A stretch of 62,609 nucleotides of DNA, the filler included, from Globobulimina sp. (Eukaryota), in assembly GCA_003354225.1 (NCBI GenBank). It is 29 parts of 29 records of this genome, joined end to end, with 100 filler letters (N's around TTAATTAATTAA, not from the genome) between each part and the next. Parts side by side here need not be neighbours in the genome. Positions count along the whole stretch, not along the records: positions 1 to 2,064 come from PIVH01009308.1; positions 2,165 to 4,228 come from PIVH01009309.1; positions 4,329 to 6,391 come from PIVH01009310.1; positions 6,492 to 8,554 come from PIVH01009311.1; positions 8,655 to 10,717 come from PIVH01009312.1; 24 more parts are not named here. The stretch is one strand, 5' to 3'. Under the pieces are notes generated by a model. That model ran no database searches. It was not told the origin of the DNA and was given only the letters and a program-made list of their open reading frames with translations. The stretch's first letter is position 1. The number at the start of each line of letters is the position of its first letter. The position numbers were made by a program, and so were the translations under genes. Positions 1 to 10,817 of the stretch are shown in pieces.

Positions 1-762
1 ATTTATTCTATTGATCCACATAAAATTGCTGTCATTGTCGCTATAATCGCAACTCACATTATCTGCTACGCGACGACTTAAACGCCAATGATTCCAAAAC
101 GACACCGGAGCGTAATTATGCACTGTAAACATTCTTCTTTTTGTGATATTATCAATTTTTACAAACTCATGGAACATTTGCAATTCTGCGACATTGGCTA
201 AGTGCGTTAATACTGTTTTCGACGCAATCGAATGTAAAGTCGTCCATAATTGCTTCATTTCTGTTAATTCCGTGTGATTTGCCAATCTAAGCGTCGCCTT
301 TTCTTTTTTTATTAATTGAATCGTCGTACGTCGTAATATCGCACTGTGCGCTTTTTTCGATTTTGGTGTTGAAATTACGAGCTCTTTTATTTTTGTCTCT
401 AATTTAAACGGATCTCTATAATGTAGAGCACAAATATTATAATAGTCGATGTGATGAGATTTCCACAGTAATTTTCGACCGAGATTGCGATATAATTTGT
501 ATATTTGCCACACGTCACTGGTAAAATACATGCTTGCGCGGAAATAAATTCTCTGATGTTTTAATATAAAATTGTTATTTGTGATATTTTCTGATGAATG
601 AGATTGAATAAATGATGATACTGTCGACCGATGAGGCAATGCTCTAAAATTGCAGCTCATACGTGACTGCATGGTACGAACACGATTTCTCAAATAGAGA
701 GAGGTGAACGACCGCACGTGAACTCCAAATCGGTTGGGCCTAATTCTGCACGTTATATCCAT
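1..762 (-). CDS. Penelope-like element (PLE) reverse-transcriptase ORF, N-terminal region; runs off the window start
   Basis: Manual translation from ATG at 762 gives 254 stop-free codons (absent from the ORF track). Segment YRNLGRKLLWKSHHIDYYNICALHYRDPFKLETKI...AILRRTTIQLIKKE resembles the PLE N-terminal pattern H..F...C.....P..L.....IL......L..E. Confidence 0.6.
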   Translation of the reverse strand, partial: MDITCRIRPNRFGVHVRSFTSLYLRNRVRTMQSRMSCNFRALPHRSTVSSFIQSHSSENITNNNFILKHQRIYFRASMYFTSDVWQIYKLYRNLGRKLLWKSHHIDYYNICALHYRDPFKLETKIKELVISTPKSKKAHSAILRRTTIQLIKKEKATLRLANHTELTEMKQLWTTLHSIASKTVLTHLANVAELQMFHEFVKIDNITKRRMFTVHNYAPVSFWNHWRLSRRVADNVSCDYSDNDSNFMWINRIN

Positions 763-848
763 AAAGGACTGTTATTAATAATGCAATTAAACAATATAAT
801 TGATAGTAGATTATAGTACGAATTAGTTTAATCTGTTTGTTATTTGTT

Positions 849-890
849 CACTGAGCTTTCGGCTAACTTAAAGTAGCCATTGTCAAAGTG
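849..890 (-). ncRNA. Minimal type I hammerhead ribozyme, U3-A8 core variant
   Basis: Minus strand reads CACU-UUGACAA-U-GGCUA(cuuuaagu)UAGCC-GAAA-GC-UC-AGUG: stem I CACU/AGUG, stem II GGCUA/UAGCC, palindromic AGCU stem III, UC cleavage site. Confidence 0.7.
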
Positions 891-1222
891 TTTTTAATTG
901 AAGTTTATTAACACAAACAATTACACAAAAAACTTACAAACACTTAAACAAAATACCACACAGATAATCACACGTGAAAAAAATATATATATCACAGTTG
1001 CAAACCAACGCAAATTAATGAATCAAAACACAAACTGATTCTTAAATAAAAGTAATAAAAAATAAAGCCGAAACTAAAAAATTAAAACCAATGTAATTCA
1101 CGTAACAAAATTTAAAAATAAAACACAAAAAACTATCCGCAACATACAAATAAAGCGGGTGTAATAGCAACATACATGAAATACAATAATAAAATGATAA
1201 AAAATCTAATAAACTCCAACAG

Positions 1223-2064
1223 CTATAACATCGATGCGAACTGTTTGTCTTGATCTTCGTCACTCGAATTCAATAAATTTTGTTTCTCCCACTCAGCCCA
1301 CTTAGTTTTGAATGGAATGTATGGCTTTGGATCGATTCTAATCTCCATTGTATCATTAATAGCATCTAAATCTTCGTCGAATAAATCCAGAAAATCGTTT
1401 CCCGTTTCTACTGCGTTGAATGTCAAATCCAGATCCAAATTTATGTCGTTTGTATGTACAATAATTGAATTCTCATCAAAATGCATTGAATCCCACACTT
1501 TTTCATCCAACTCATTCAATGTCTTCTTTTTCAAATTGTTATTTTCAATCGATATCTCTGACATGTTTTGTATTTTTGTATTTAAATTATTGCTTAATAC
1601 ATTTTTTTGTTTTATATAATTCTCTAAATCAAATGTTTGTTTTTGTAGACGGGGCGGGATATCACCGTCTTGTTCCAACACTCGATTTGTTAAAGCAACC
1701 AATGTTTTGTTAATTTCTGTGTTTAATTCTGATAATTTTGATTCTTCATTTTCTAATAATGTCATATCTAAATTTATGTCGTTGACATTATTAAAATTAT
1801 CCCAATCGATATCAATTAACGTGTCATTTTCTGATATTTTTGATAGATTAATACCAGTAAAAGAAGATGATAATTTATTTGGATTTTTATTGAAGAAAGA
1901 AGCAAAATGTAGCTCTTTTTTCAATTTCGTAATCTCTTTATTTGTTTTTACTTTGTCTTTTTCTAAAATCCGTGTGATTTTATCTAATTCCTTCACTCTC
2001 AAATCCCTCTCCAAATCCATTAATTGTTGATCGACTTTTTTAGTGAAGTCTCGTGTAAATGTTC
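1223..2064 (-). CDS. Coiled-coil/acidic protein, 5' truncated; probable accessory ORF of the PLE
   Basis: 265-aa ORF stays open upstream to the contig edge; heptad-rich; co-oriented with the hammerhead and the PLE-like ORF. Confidence 0.6.
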
Positions 2065-2164
2065 NNNNNNNNNNNNNNNNNNNNNNNNNNNNNNNNNNNN
2101 NNNNNNNNTTAATTAATTAANNNNNNNNNNNNNNNNNNNNNNNNNNNNNNNNNNNNNNNNNNNN
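2065..2164. other. Artificial contig linker (N44-TTAATTAATTAA-N44, stops in all six frames); first of 28 copies spaced about every 2.16 kb, last at 60449-60548
   Basis: Identical 100-nt spacer repeated throughout; intervening contigs are 2061-2064 bp in descending length order. Confidence 0.99.
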
Positions 2165-2198
2165 ACAAAGATGAGCCAAATATTAAATAATAAGCACT

Positions 2199-2498
2199 TT
2201 ATTGATTGTCGTTAAAATAGAAATAAGGCGCATAATGTTCCAAAATAGCAACGGCATTTTCCTTTTGTAGCGTTCCTAGTAACTTCCGATAGATAAAACA
2301 TTTCTGTTGATTCTTATCCAAATTCTTATCTTCACATTTTGCATCAATGATATAATTCAGCGTTTGCCTACTTTCGTAGTTCACGCCTCCCATACACTCA
2401 AATATGAGCGGTTTGTACTTGTAATTTAGATTATCATTGTCGATAATTGCTTGGTATTTTCTTGTTTTGGACGCATAGTAAGAATCGGCGCAAACCAA
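2199..2498 (-). mobile_element. 3' fragment of an RLE-type (CRE-like) non-LTR retrotransposon, endonuclease C-terminus
   Basis: K..KY ... YKPLIFECMGG ... LQKENAVAIL pattern typical of restriction-like endonuclease tails. Confidence 0.7.
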
Positions 2499-2584
2499 TC
2501 TATTTTCTTAGTGTTTTGAAGATTTTTAAATGTTGCTTGCAGTGTAAAAAATATATCAAAAACAAAAGCTGAGTGCTCAAAGCC

Positions 2585-4132
2585 ATGGCAGAAGAAAAGA
2601 TTGAGGATTTATCCATACCATCAGTGAAATTACAAATGATTGTATTCCATAACAAAGAATTTGGCCTTCCAATTGATATTGAAGTTGACTGTAATTGTAA
2701 TGTATTAAAATTAAAAGAGATTTGTTTTAATCAACAAAAGCAATTAACAAAGCTATATGATGTTGGTTTATTATACAAAGATAATCAAAATGTTGTATGT
2801 TTGCTACAAAATAACAATGAAACATTAACCACTGATCTCCATATAAAGACAAATGAAATTATTTATGTATTTCGCGTGAATGACGTATTAATTGCTTCTG
2901 CGTATTTATATCATTTATTTGAAACAGATTCAAATACCAAAATATTATCGAAACATTACATTCAGATTAAATATAACAAATTATTACTAACAGACACCAC
3001 AAAATTAGCATATAATCAAATAATAATTATAAATAATAATAAATCGATGGGTGATTTGAGAAAGATACTGTCCGCAAAATTAAATATAAACAGTGAAGAA
3101 TGTGTATTGAGAAAGAAATATAACGATTCAGAATTGAAAAATAATAAAATGTTATTGAAAAACTGCAGACTTCATTCGGGAATAATCTTTGTTGAAAAAG
3201 GAAAACCTTTGCATGAAAATGAATATTTATTCCAATTATTCAAAAACGATGAATACGATAAAAAATCACATGCAGTTTCTGGTTTTATTCGAGAAATTAC
3301 TTTGAAATTTACTCATGAAAATGATAAATATTTAATATTTACTGTACCTCAATCAGTCAATGATTTATGTTTCAATTTTTTTTATGAAAAATCTATGCAA
3401 AAAACATTGGATTATTTAGGAGATATAATATTGGATAAAAACATGAAAATTGACGATATAAAACATAAAATCTATAAAAAATTTAGTTTTCAAGTGCCTC
3501 ATCCTTCATTTATGAGAATACGTGATTTTGTTAAAGAATTCAATAAATATAAGATGTGCTATGAATATGTGTTGCGAGATGTTTATTATTCGGAATTGAC
3601 ATTACATGAAAACTTAAAATCGCGAATTAAAGATTTCCAACAAATTGCTATTCAAAGGATAGAGTGTGCGGAGAAGGATAAATTGAATAAAAACAAACAT
3701 TTATTATTAAATATATGTCCGTATTATCCGAATCAACGGCAAATTGGAAACATTGTTGAAATGCAATTTGATAAGAAATGCAAAATTAGCACTGATTTAA
3801 GAATAAAATTCGCTGAATTTAGTGGCATTCCATGGAAAAGTATCATTGTTAAATGTTTTCCAAAACCAAATCGATTAAATGATATTCAAGATGTACATAA
3901 TTTATTTTATAATACAAGTCAGGAAGCATACGATATTATGAATCATGGAATTGATTCTAATTCAACACTGTCATCTAATCCGTGGAAATGCAAAAATGGA
4001 TATTTTATTATATATTCTTGTCACAAAACAAAGGCTCATTTTGAAAGTTATTTACATTCCAAAAAAAATGATAATCAAAACACCAAAGAAAACCAAAAAA
4101 AAGCAAAAAACAAAAATTGTGCCATAATGTAA
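2585..4132 (+). CDS. Protein with multiple ubiquitin-like folds (USP47/USP40 C-terminal-like); no protease domain seen
   Basis: Repeated Ubl-like segments (VLKLKEIC, MGDLRKILSAKL, IDDIKHKIYKK); first ATG at 2585. Confidence 0.55.
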   Translation: MAEEKIEDLSIPSVKLQMIVFHNKEFGLPIDIEVDCNCNVLKLKEICFNQQKQLTKLYDVGLLYKDNQNVVCLLQNNNETLTTDLHIKTNEIIYVFRVNDVLIASAYLYHLFETDSNTKILSKHYIQIKYNKLLLTDTTKLAYNQIIIINNNKSMGDLRKILSAKLNINSEECVLRKKYNDSELKNNKMLLKNCRLHSGIIFVEKGKPLHENEYLFQLFKNDEYDKKSHAVSGFIREITLKFTHENDKYLIFTVPQSVNDLCFNFFYEKSMQKTLDYLGDIILDKNMKIDDIKHKIYKKFSFQVPHPSFMRIRDFVKEFNKYKMCYEYVLRDVYYSELTLHENLKSRIKDFQQIAIQRIECAEKDKLNKNKHLLLNICPYYPNQRQIGNIVEMQFDKKCKISTDLRIKFAEFSGIPWKSIIVKCFPKPNRLNDIQDVHNLFYNTSQEAYDIMNHGIDSNSTLSSNPWKCKNGYFIIYSCHKTKAHFESYLHSKKNDNQNTKENQKKAKNKNCAIM

Positions 4133-4338
4133 ACGATATGTGCCATATTTATCAAGTCTTTGTGATTTGGTTATATTTTATTTATATTTATGTTCAGAAT
4201 TTGAAAATGCTGCAGCCTGCCATACCAANNNNNNNNNNNNNNNNNNNNNNNNNNNNNNNNNNNNNNNNNNNNTTAATTAATTAANNNNNNNNNNNNNNNN
4301 NNNNNNNNNNNNNNNNNNNNNNNNNNNNTCTGAAATGA

Positions 4339-4438
4339 TTCAAAAAGATCCATAATTGACCCATTATGATACATTTTGATTCGTTTTCACGTATCAAAAT
4401 GTATCATGTGATGCGTATCAAATATGGATCTTTTTGAA
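4339..4438. repeat. 100-bp nested inverted repeat (foldback/MITE-like), probably intronic
   Basis: TTCAAAAAGATCCATA 4339-4354 vs TATGGATCTTTTTGAA 4423-4438; inner arms 4366-4384 and 4389-4407 with one mismatch. Confidence 0.8.
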
Positions 4439-4447
4439 CAGCCTTAG

Positions 4448-4759
4448 TCATTACATCCAGGTGTTGTTATAACTGAATTATGGTGGAATTTGGATTGGAA
4501 GTTTCTTATTCCGCTTGGATTGGGATATGGAATTGTCGCTAAAGACACATCGCAAGGCGCTGCCACCACAGTTAGGACTGCCACTATTTCCGATGCGGAG
4601 TTCAAGAAATCAGCAGGAGGTTATTGGGAGGATTGTAATCCAGCAACCGGGAATGTTAGGAATGACTTACTTGAACATAATGTGGATGAAAATGGGAAAT
4701 CAGCACAGTTGTTGTTATGGGAAATGACACAGAATTTGTTGAATAAGAAATTGAAGTAA
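4448..4759 (+). CDS. Last exon of a short-chain dehydrogenase/reductase (retinol dehydrogenase/WWOX-like)
   Basis: SLHPGVVITEL...SQGAATTV...GGYWEDC...LWEMTQ after a TAG acceptor at 4445-4447. Confidence 0.8.
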   Translation, partial: SLHPGVVITELWWNLDWKFLIPLGLGYGIVAKDTSQGAATTVRTATISDAEFKKSAGGYWEDCNPATGNVRNDLLEHNVDENGKSAQLLLWEMTQNLLNKKLK

Positions 4760-4949
4760 TGGTGATCATCACTTAGTTTTTTTACCTTTTTAATAATCTG
4801 AGATTGTTATTTTTTACATTTATATATTTAATCAGTATACACTTTTTGTATACATTTCACATATGAACAAATTGTGCAAACAGTTATAGTACAGGTATAA
4901 TGAAAAGTGATTACGAAAATCGTTGCAACTGAAAACTTTCCGTCCAAAG

Positions 4950-6266
4950 ATGGGTAACGGGATTTGCTCTTGTAACATCGCGAAGGAGAATGGAAACCAA
5001 GCATATCTTGATAAAGCATTGCAAAATGAACAGATTCGTCCAATGCAAACAAAATTAAAAGAAAGGATGTCAAAATCTGACACTACTGACACTACTAAAA
5101 CATACACAAAGAACACTGATAAAGTAATGAATTCAAAGAAAAGTGAACAAGAACCAGAATCAGATAATAATCAAATGGCAATCACAAATAAAGAGGACAC
5201 AAAAACAGATATTTGCAGTGAATTACAAGACGAAGATAGCAGTCCAATTCAAACAGAATTAGAAGGAAGAATGGCAAACAAAAACACTTTAAATTCTATT
5301 ACTAACACAAATGACACAGATTACATCAATGAATTGCGTGAATCAATTAATACAACGCAATCTGAATCGGAATCAGAATCAGAATCTGAATCTGACTCTG
5401 AACAATTTACTTTAATTAATAAAGATGATTATAATAATAAAGGAACAGAAATAATAAATAAACTGTGTATTTGTTCACGCAATGAACAAAATATATCATT
5501 GTTATTTGAAAATGAACGCTATACATTTGATAAATGCCATATGTTAAATATTACTTATACGGATATATCGATATTTAATTTACATGTTTATAAATTTATA
5601 AATTTACGTCATTTGGAGATATTTAAGCCACAAATAAATGGAGAAATGTATAATTTAATGAATGAAATATTTGCAGAGTCGTCTCTGCATTTGATATCAT
5701 TTAAATTTACTGCATCCATAAAATATTGTTATTCAAATTGTGCTTATAACTCAGTGTTAAATGTTGCAGAAAGTATTGAATGGTTAACACTGAAAAATAT
5801 TGGATGTGATATCAATATCTCAGCGTGTCATAATTTAATATCCATTCAATTGTTACAAAATATGAAATATGGACAGATTACATGGCCAATTTATGATGCA
5901 AATAATAAAGATATCAATATATGTTTTGCGACGTTATGTGATGGCAATGATATTTGTGATAATGAATGGAGTGATAAATGTATTGCCAATGAGTTAAATA
6001 TAAAATATATTTGTTTATTGAAGGAAAGTTTTATTGATTATACAATTGGATATAATGAGAATGAAATGATTGGAAAATATGAATTTGATTTTGAGGATGA
6101 TCGGAAATGTATCATTTTGAATGAATTTGAATTGAACTCAGGTGAGTTATATACAAAAATTATGAATTATAAGTTTAGAGATGATGTTCGATTGAAAAGT
6201 GAAAAATTAATGTTGTTTAATGATTGTGTTTGGATTAAACAAATTGGAAATATTAAGTATTATTGA
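4950..6266 (+). CDS. Putatively myristoylated/palmitoylated protein with duplicated acidic N-terminus and degenerate LRR-like C-terminus
   Basis: MGNGICSC start; internal repeat PMQTKLKERM/PIQTELEGRM; NLRHLEI, SIEWLTL, NLISIQL strands. Confidence 0.6.
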   Translation: MGNGICSCNIAKENGNQAYLDKALQNEQIRPMQTKLKERMSKSDTTDTTKTYTKNTDKVMNSKKSEQEPESDNNQMAITNKEDTKTDICSELQDEDSSPIQTELEGRMANKNTLNSITNTNDTDYINELRESINTTQSESESESESESDSEQFTLINKDDYNNKGTEIINKLCICSRNEQNISLLFENERYTFDKCHMLNITYTDISIFNLHVYKFINLRHLEIFKPQINGEMYNLMNEIFAESSLHLISFKFTASIKYCYSNCAYNSVLNVAESIEWLTLKNIGCDINISACHNLISIQLLQNMKYGQITWPIYDANNKDINICFATLCDGNDICDNEWSDKCIANELNIKYICLLKESFIDYTIGYNENEMIGKYEFDFEDDRKCIILNEFELNSGELYTKIMNYKFRDDVRLKSEKLMLFNDCVWIKQIGNIKYY

Positions 6267-6944
6267 GTTTCAACGTTTAAGTTTAGTTAATGTCGAATCA
6301 TTTTGCACGTTGTATAATTTATAATAACAGTGGATACATTTGGGATTTTTGCAATATGCCCCTCAAGTTGGGCAGCAATGGTTTCAAGAACNNNNNNNNN
6401 NNNNNNNNNNNNNNNNNNNNNNNNNNNNNNNNNNNTTAATTAATTAANNNNNNNNNNNNNNNNNNNNNNNNNNNNNNNNNNNNNNNNNNNNAGCGATTAC
6501 AAGCTCGCAAGTCGTTTAACTCTGGGATGGTGGATCTGTCCGCAGCAGTTAAAAAACAGCAAGAAAAGTTTTGTAGAAATAACATATAAATTTGTCGCAA
6601 TTTCGAAACACACACACACAAAAACACAAAAACGCAAACACAGACGCAAATCACTGATAGATATCAAAAGCAATACCGGTGTCAATGACGAATATTCGTC
6701 TGATTCATCCACGCATAGCTCATCCACACATACTTCATCTTACACACATTCCAACTCTCAATCGCAAACACAAGAAAACCTAACAAACTTAGAACACCCC
6801 TATATAGACGACGGTGGCTCGGATGAAGATGACGTCGACGCAGACTCTGCATTCTCCAAACACTCCTCCACGAACAGTCCAATTGCGAACAATGCCATAA
6901 CTGGCCGCTATTCCACATACATCAATAAATATGTCCATGATGAT

Positions 6945-8554
6945 ATGCCTATGCCTATGCCCGTTATGCCGACAACATCCACCAATCGAGTCACTTTTGC
7001 TGCATTACCAAGCGATAAAAAAGGACGAGGCCGTGTTACTTTTGCAACCAACGTAGATAACGAGGACCACAAATCCAACAAATCCGATTCCTCCTCGTTA
7101 ACCTCGCAAAGCGAGGACTTATTGGACGACTTCTTTAACGATAAAGCTAATTATGACATAGATGCCGCTCTCTTGTCTTCTGCGCATAGCTTACGGGACA
7201 GCGGCGACAATGTCAACAAAGCGCGCAAATCAAAATTTCTTAAATATGGCGCAAACTTTCTCCAATCCACGCTACAATTATCTGCCATTGGTATCGATGA
7301 CAATGAGGCCACCAATTTGATCAATACGCCCGGTGCGCCCTTACCCCAATTTAATGAATTAGAACTCACTCTGGATTACAGTCATACTGCTTCCACCACG
7401 GAGTTTGATCAACATTTATGGCTCCCCGTCAGTGATCGAAGTGATAGTTCCGAGGACAGTTTTATGACCGACAAAGCCCGAAAACGCACTCGAAAATCGA
7501 GGAAAAAGAGCCGCAGAGAGAAGAAACGAATTACGGCCTATCGACAGAAATCCGCCAACACGACGGGCACCAACCACACAGAGCGGAGTGTGGGCGGATA
7601 CGACGTTGATGCCAAGGAAATTGCCGATGAAATTGATCGCTTTAAGCAGTCCATAATGGACGATGACGATGAGGACGCGTATCATTTAGATCTGGATGAC
7701 AGTTTTGATGATTTGGAGGACGACGATACTTTGGATAGCAGTCTTGAGGACAATTTGTCGATGCATTCCTCGTATCATACGCCTATGCGGCAAAAGGGCG
7801 ATCGGATGTGGTTCCGCCACCAAATGGGACACTTGAAAGAGTTGAAGCAGTTCTTTCGAGAGATGGACAAAGATGGCGACTGCACCATCTCTTTCGACGA
7901 ATTCACAAAGTTTCTGAGTAAGTATGGCGTGAATAAGAAATTCAAACCGGAGGAAATTGAGCGCTTTTTTTTGAAAATTACCTATGCCAAATTCGACCCA
8001 GACGAACCCAACGCGATTGAGGACAAACTGGCCGATATTACCATATCGCCGGCATTGATGTCGCATAGTTATAAAACTGAGGAGGAGCTCACGCAAACGG
8101 AGCAAGACAAAAAATCGGGGCAACGCAAGTCCGGACTGGGTAAGAAAACTTCCATTTTTTTCAAGAAATCCAAGTCCGCCGCGCCCAATGGCGAGGTGGA
8201 TATGGCGACGTTTTTATTTTATTTTAGTTACCTGATTGACTCACAAGCCATGAACCAAAAGAACATTTTGGATGACATGGTGTTGTCCACTACGCATACG
8301 GAGAGAGATACGGATTATCAAAGCATGGAGTTATCGCATAAGCGATCGTTGATATTACCGGATAAAGTCACCAAAGATTATAAAGCTAAGCACAAAGCTG
8401 CGGTGGCTATGGCTGCGGACAAAGCGAAGCACAAAAACAAGGCTGGAGGGGACAATAAAAAAAATAAAAAAAACAGCACGAGTGCAAATAATATCGATAT
8501 GCGTATTGACGCCTCGTTGTTGTTTGCAACGCGCGCGAAGAAGGGAGCGAAACG
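6945..8554 (+). CDS. EF-hand protein with long low-complexity regions, 3' truncated
   Basis: Canonical EF loop DKDGDCTISFDEF; ORF open to the contig end. Confidence 0.75.
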
Positions 8555-8725
8555 NNNNNNNNNNNNNNNNNNNNNNNNNNNNNNNNNNNNNNNNNNNNTT
8601 AATTAATTAANNNNNNNNNNNNNNNNNNNNNNNNNNNNNNNNNNNNNNNNNNNNACCAACCTTGTAATCGGTTGCCATTTAAGCATCAAACTTGAGTTTT
8701 AGCACAGAAAATTGTTGAGAGAGAC

Positions 8726-9930
8726 ATGTCAGTCATGAAGTCAATCCGGAATGTATTTTCCAACAAAAAAAATAGGTACCAAACTGGCGCAGATACCATA
8801 GATTATAACATGGGGCTTTCGGAGCAAAGAGCAAAGAAAACCATTCGAATCTTATTATTAGGTCCCGGCGACAGTGGTAAAACCACCATTGTAAAGCAAA
8901 TGAAAAAGATCCATGAGACCTTAACCGAGGAAGACATCGCCATCATGGCGCCCTACATTCAGGACGCCGTCATTGGATATATCAAATTATTATGTTTCCA
9001 ATGCAAAGAATTGTACGAAAAAGACGACGAAAAAACTAAAGTTGAAGAAAAAAACGAATCATTACGCAAAGAAATATTAGATTTGCATTCGCCATATGAG
9101 CTAAACCAAGCTTTAGCCGATCAAATAGCAAAAATGTGGGCTGATGTTAAGTCGCCAAACTAGTCACACTACGCAAAATCGCATAAAATCCACAAAAAAA
9201 CTACACAAATCTAAACATACAGCAAGCAATCAAAGAAACGTTACGTTTGCGGGCCAAATTTCAGATCCACGACAACGTGGCACATTTTTTGAACAGAATT
9301 GATGATATTTGCCGCGCGGATTACGTGCCGACGTTTGATGATTTCCTGAGGATTCGGACCCGCAGCACCGGCTTTGCCATGGAAAAAGTGTCTGCAATGA
9401 TTGATAATTTCGGCGAGTTTTGCTTTGAGTTCACCGATGTCGGCGGGCAACGCAGTGAACGCAAGAAATGGATGAAAATCGTGGTGGATCAGATCCAGGC
9501 GGTTTTGTTTGTGGTCGCCATCAGTGAGTTTGACTTAAAATGTTTCGAAGACAATGAGACAAATCGATTGGTTGAAGCACTTAACTTATTTAAGGAGATT
9601 GTGGGTGGCAAATTTTTCAATGGCAAGTCTGTGTTGGTCTTCTTTAATAAATACGATTTATTTAAGGAGAAAATCTTAAAAACGCCAATAACCGTTGCTT
9701 TTGACGACTTTCCTACGGACGAGAAATCGGACCCATTTGATGAGAATCAGGTGGTTAAGTTCATAGCGAGCAAGTTTTTGCAGTGTTTTGACGGCAAAAA
9801 TATCAAATTAGCCACGCCGTTGCATATTCATAGAACGAGTGCGTTGGACACGAATAATATACAGAAGGTGTTTAGGGATATTACGTTGGATTTGGTCAAG
9901 TTGAATTTGAAAGAATGTGGAATGATATAA
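8726..9930 (+). CDS. Heterotrimeric G-protein alpha subunit, two exons (intron 9146-9222)
   Basis: GPGDSGKT, RTRSTG, DVGGQRSERKKW, NKYD and TSALD motifs; a GT..AG intron joins the two ORFs in frame. Confidence 0.95.
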
Positions 9931-10274
9931 ATTAAAGAGGAATGGAATCCATTGTGTACAATATTGTTTTTGTTTTGTTTTGTTTGTTTTTTTGTTTTCT
10001 TGTTTCAACATAATATTATTGTTTTAAGAGTGTTTTGATGGCTTTTTATATTTTCTATATCGACTATATGAGATTTTTTGTGTGTTGCGCGTTCTAAAAT
10101 GGACAGATAAAAGTTAAAAAAAGATAAAATGTTAATTAAAAATCATGAAAATGCATGAAAAGTATTTTCAGTGGAAATCACACTTGAACTGTTTTCTGTG
10201 AAAACCAAACTAAACCAAATCAAACCAACCAAACCTTTCAGATTCATATTTTATCCATATCACCAGAGAACGTT

Positions 10275-10717
10275 ATGTCCGACGAGCCAGTATGCATATT
10301 ATCCACCGGCCAGGCCGTACCCGATTCAATTTTCACATTAGCAGACTTTATTGAATTACAAAAATCAGCGGCTGACTTTGCCATCTCCAAATTGGACAAA
10401 AATGATATGTCTCAAAATCAGCGTATCAAAGACATCGAGAATAACTTCGCTTGGGTCGAGCGCTGTGCTAAGAACTCAGCCATCGATAAGCGACACGGCA
10501 TCATCCCCGACGATGGCAAGCGATTACAAGATTTTTATGAGAAATACGAGTATAACCCGCCCTATAACTTACGTGCCAAATATTGGCGCAGATATTGCCC
10601 AGAATTGGCGATGACGGCAGTCAAACAGGCATTGGCTGAATGGGGCGGTGATAAAAACAAAATAACGCATGTTGTATCGCACAGTACCACCGGTTGGGAC
10701 GTGCCTGGCTTGTCGCA
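10275..10717 (+). CDS. Type III polyketide synthase (chalcone synthase-like), N-terminal part, 3' truncated
   Basis: ILSTGQAVP, IDKRH and ELAMTAVKQALAEWGGDKNKITHVVSHSTTGWDVPG match the CHS N-terminal domain. Confidence 0.85.
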
Positions 10718-10817
10718 NNNNNNNNNNNNNNNNNNNNNNNNNNNNNNNNNNNNNNNNNNNNTTAATTAATTAANNNNNNNNNNNNNNNNNNNNNNNNNNN
10801 NNNNNNNNNNNNNNNNN

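Noticed and set aside
1042-2030. Short ORFs overlapping the coiled-coil ORF, and similar antisense ORFs across the window
   Set aside because: Shadow frames of real genes or low-complexity UTR sequence with no motifs
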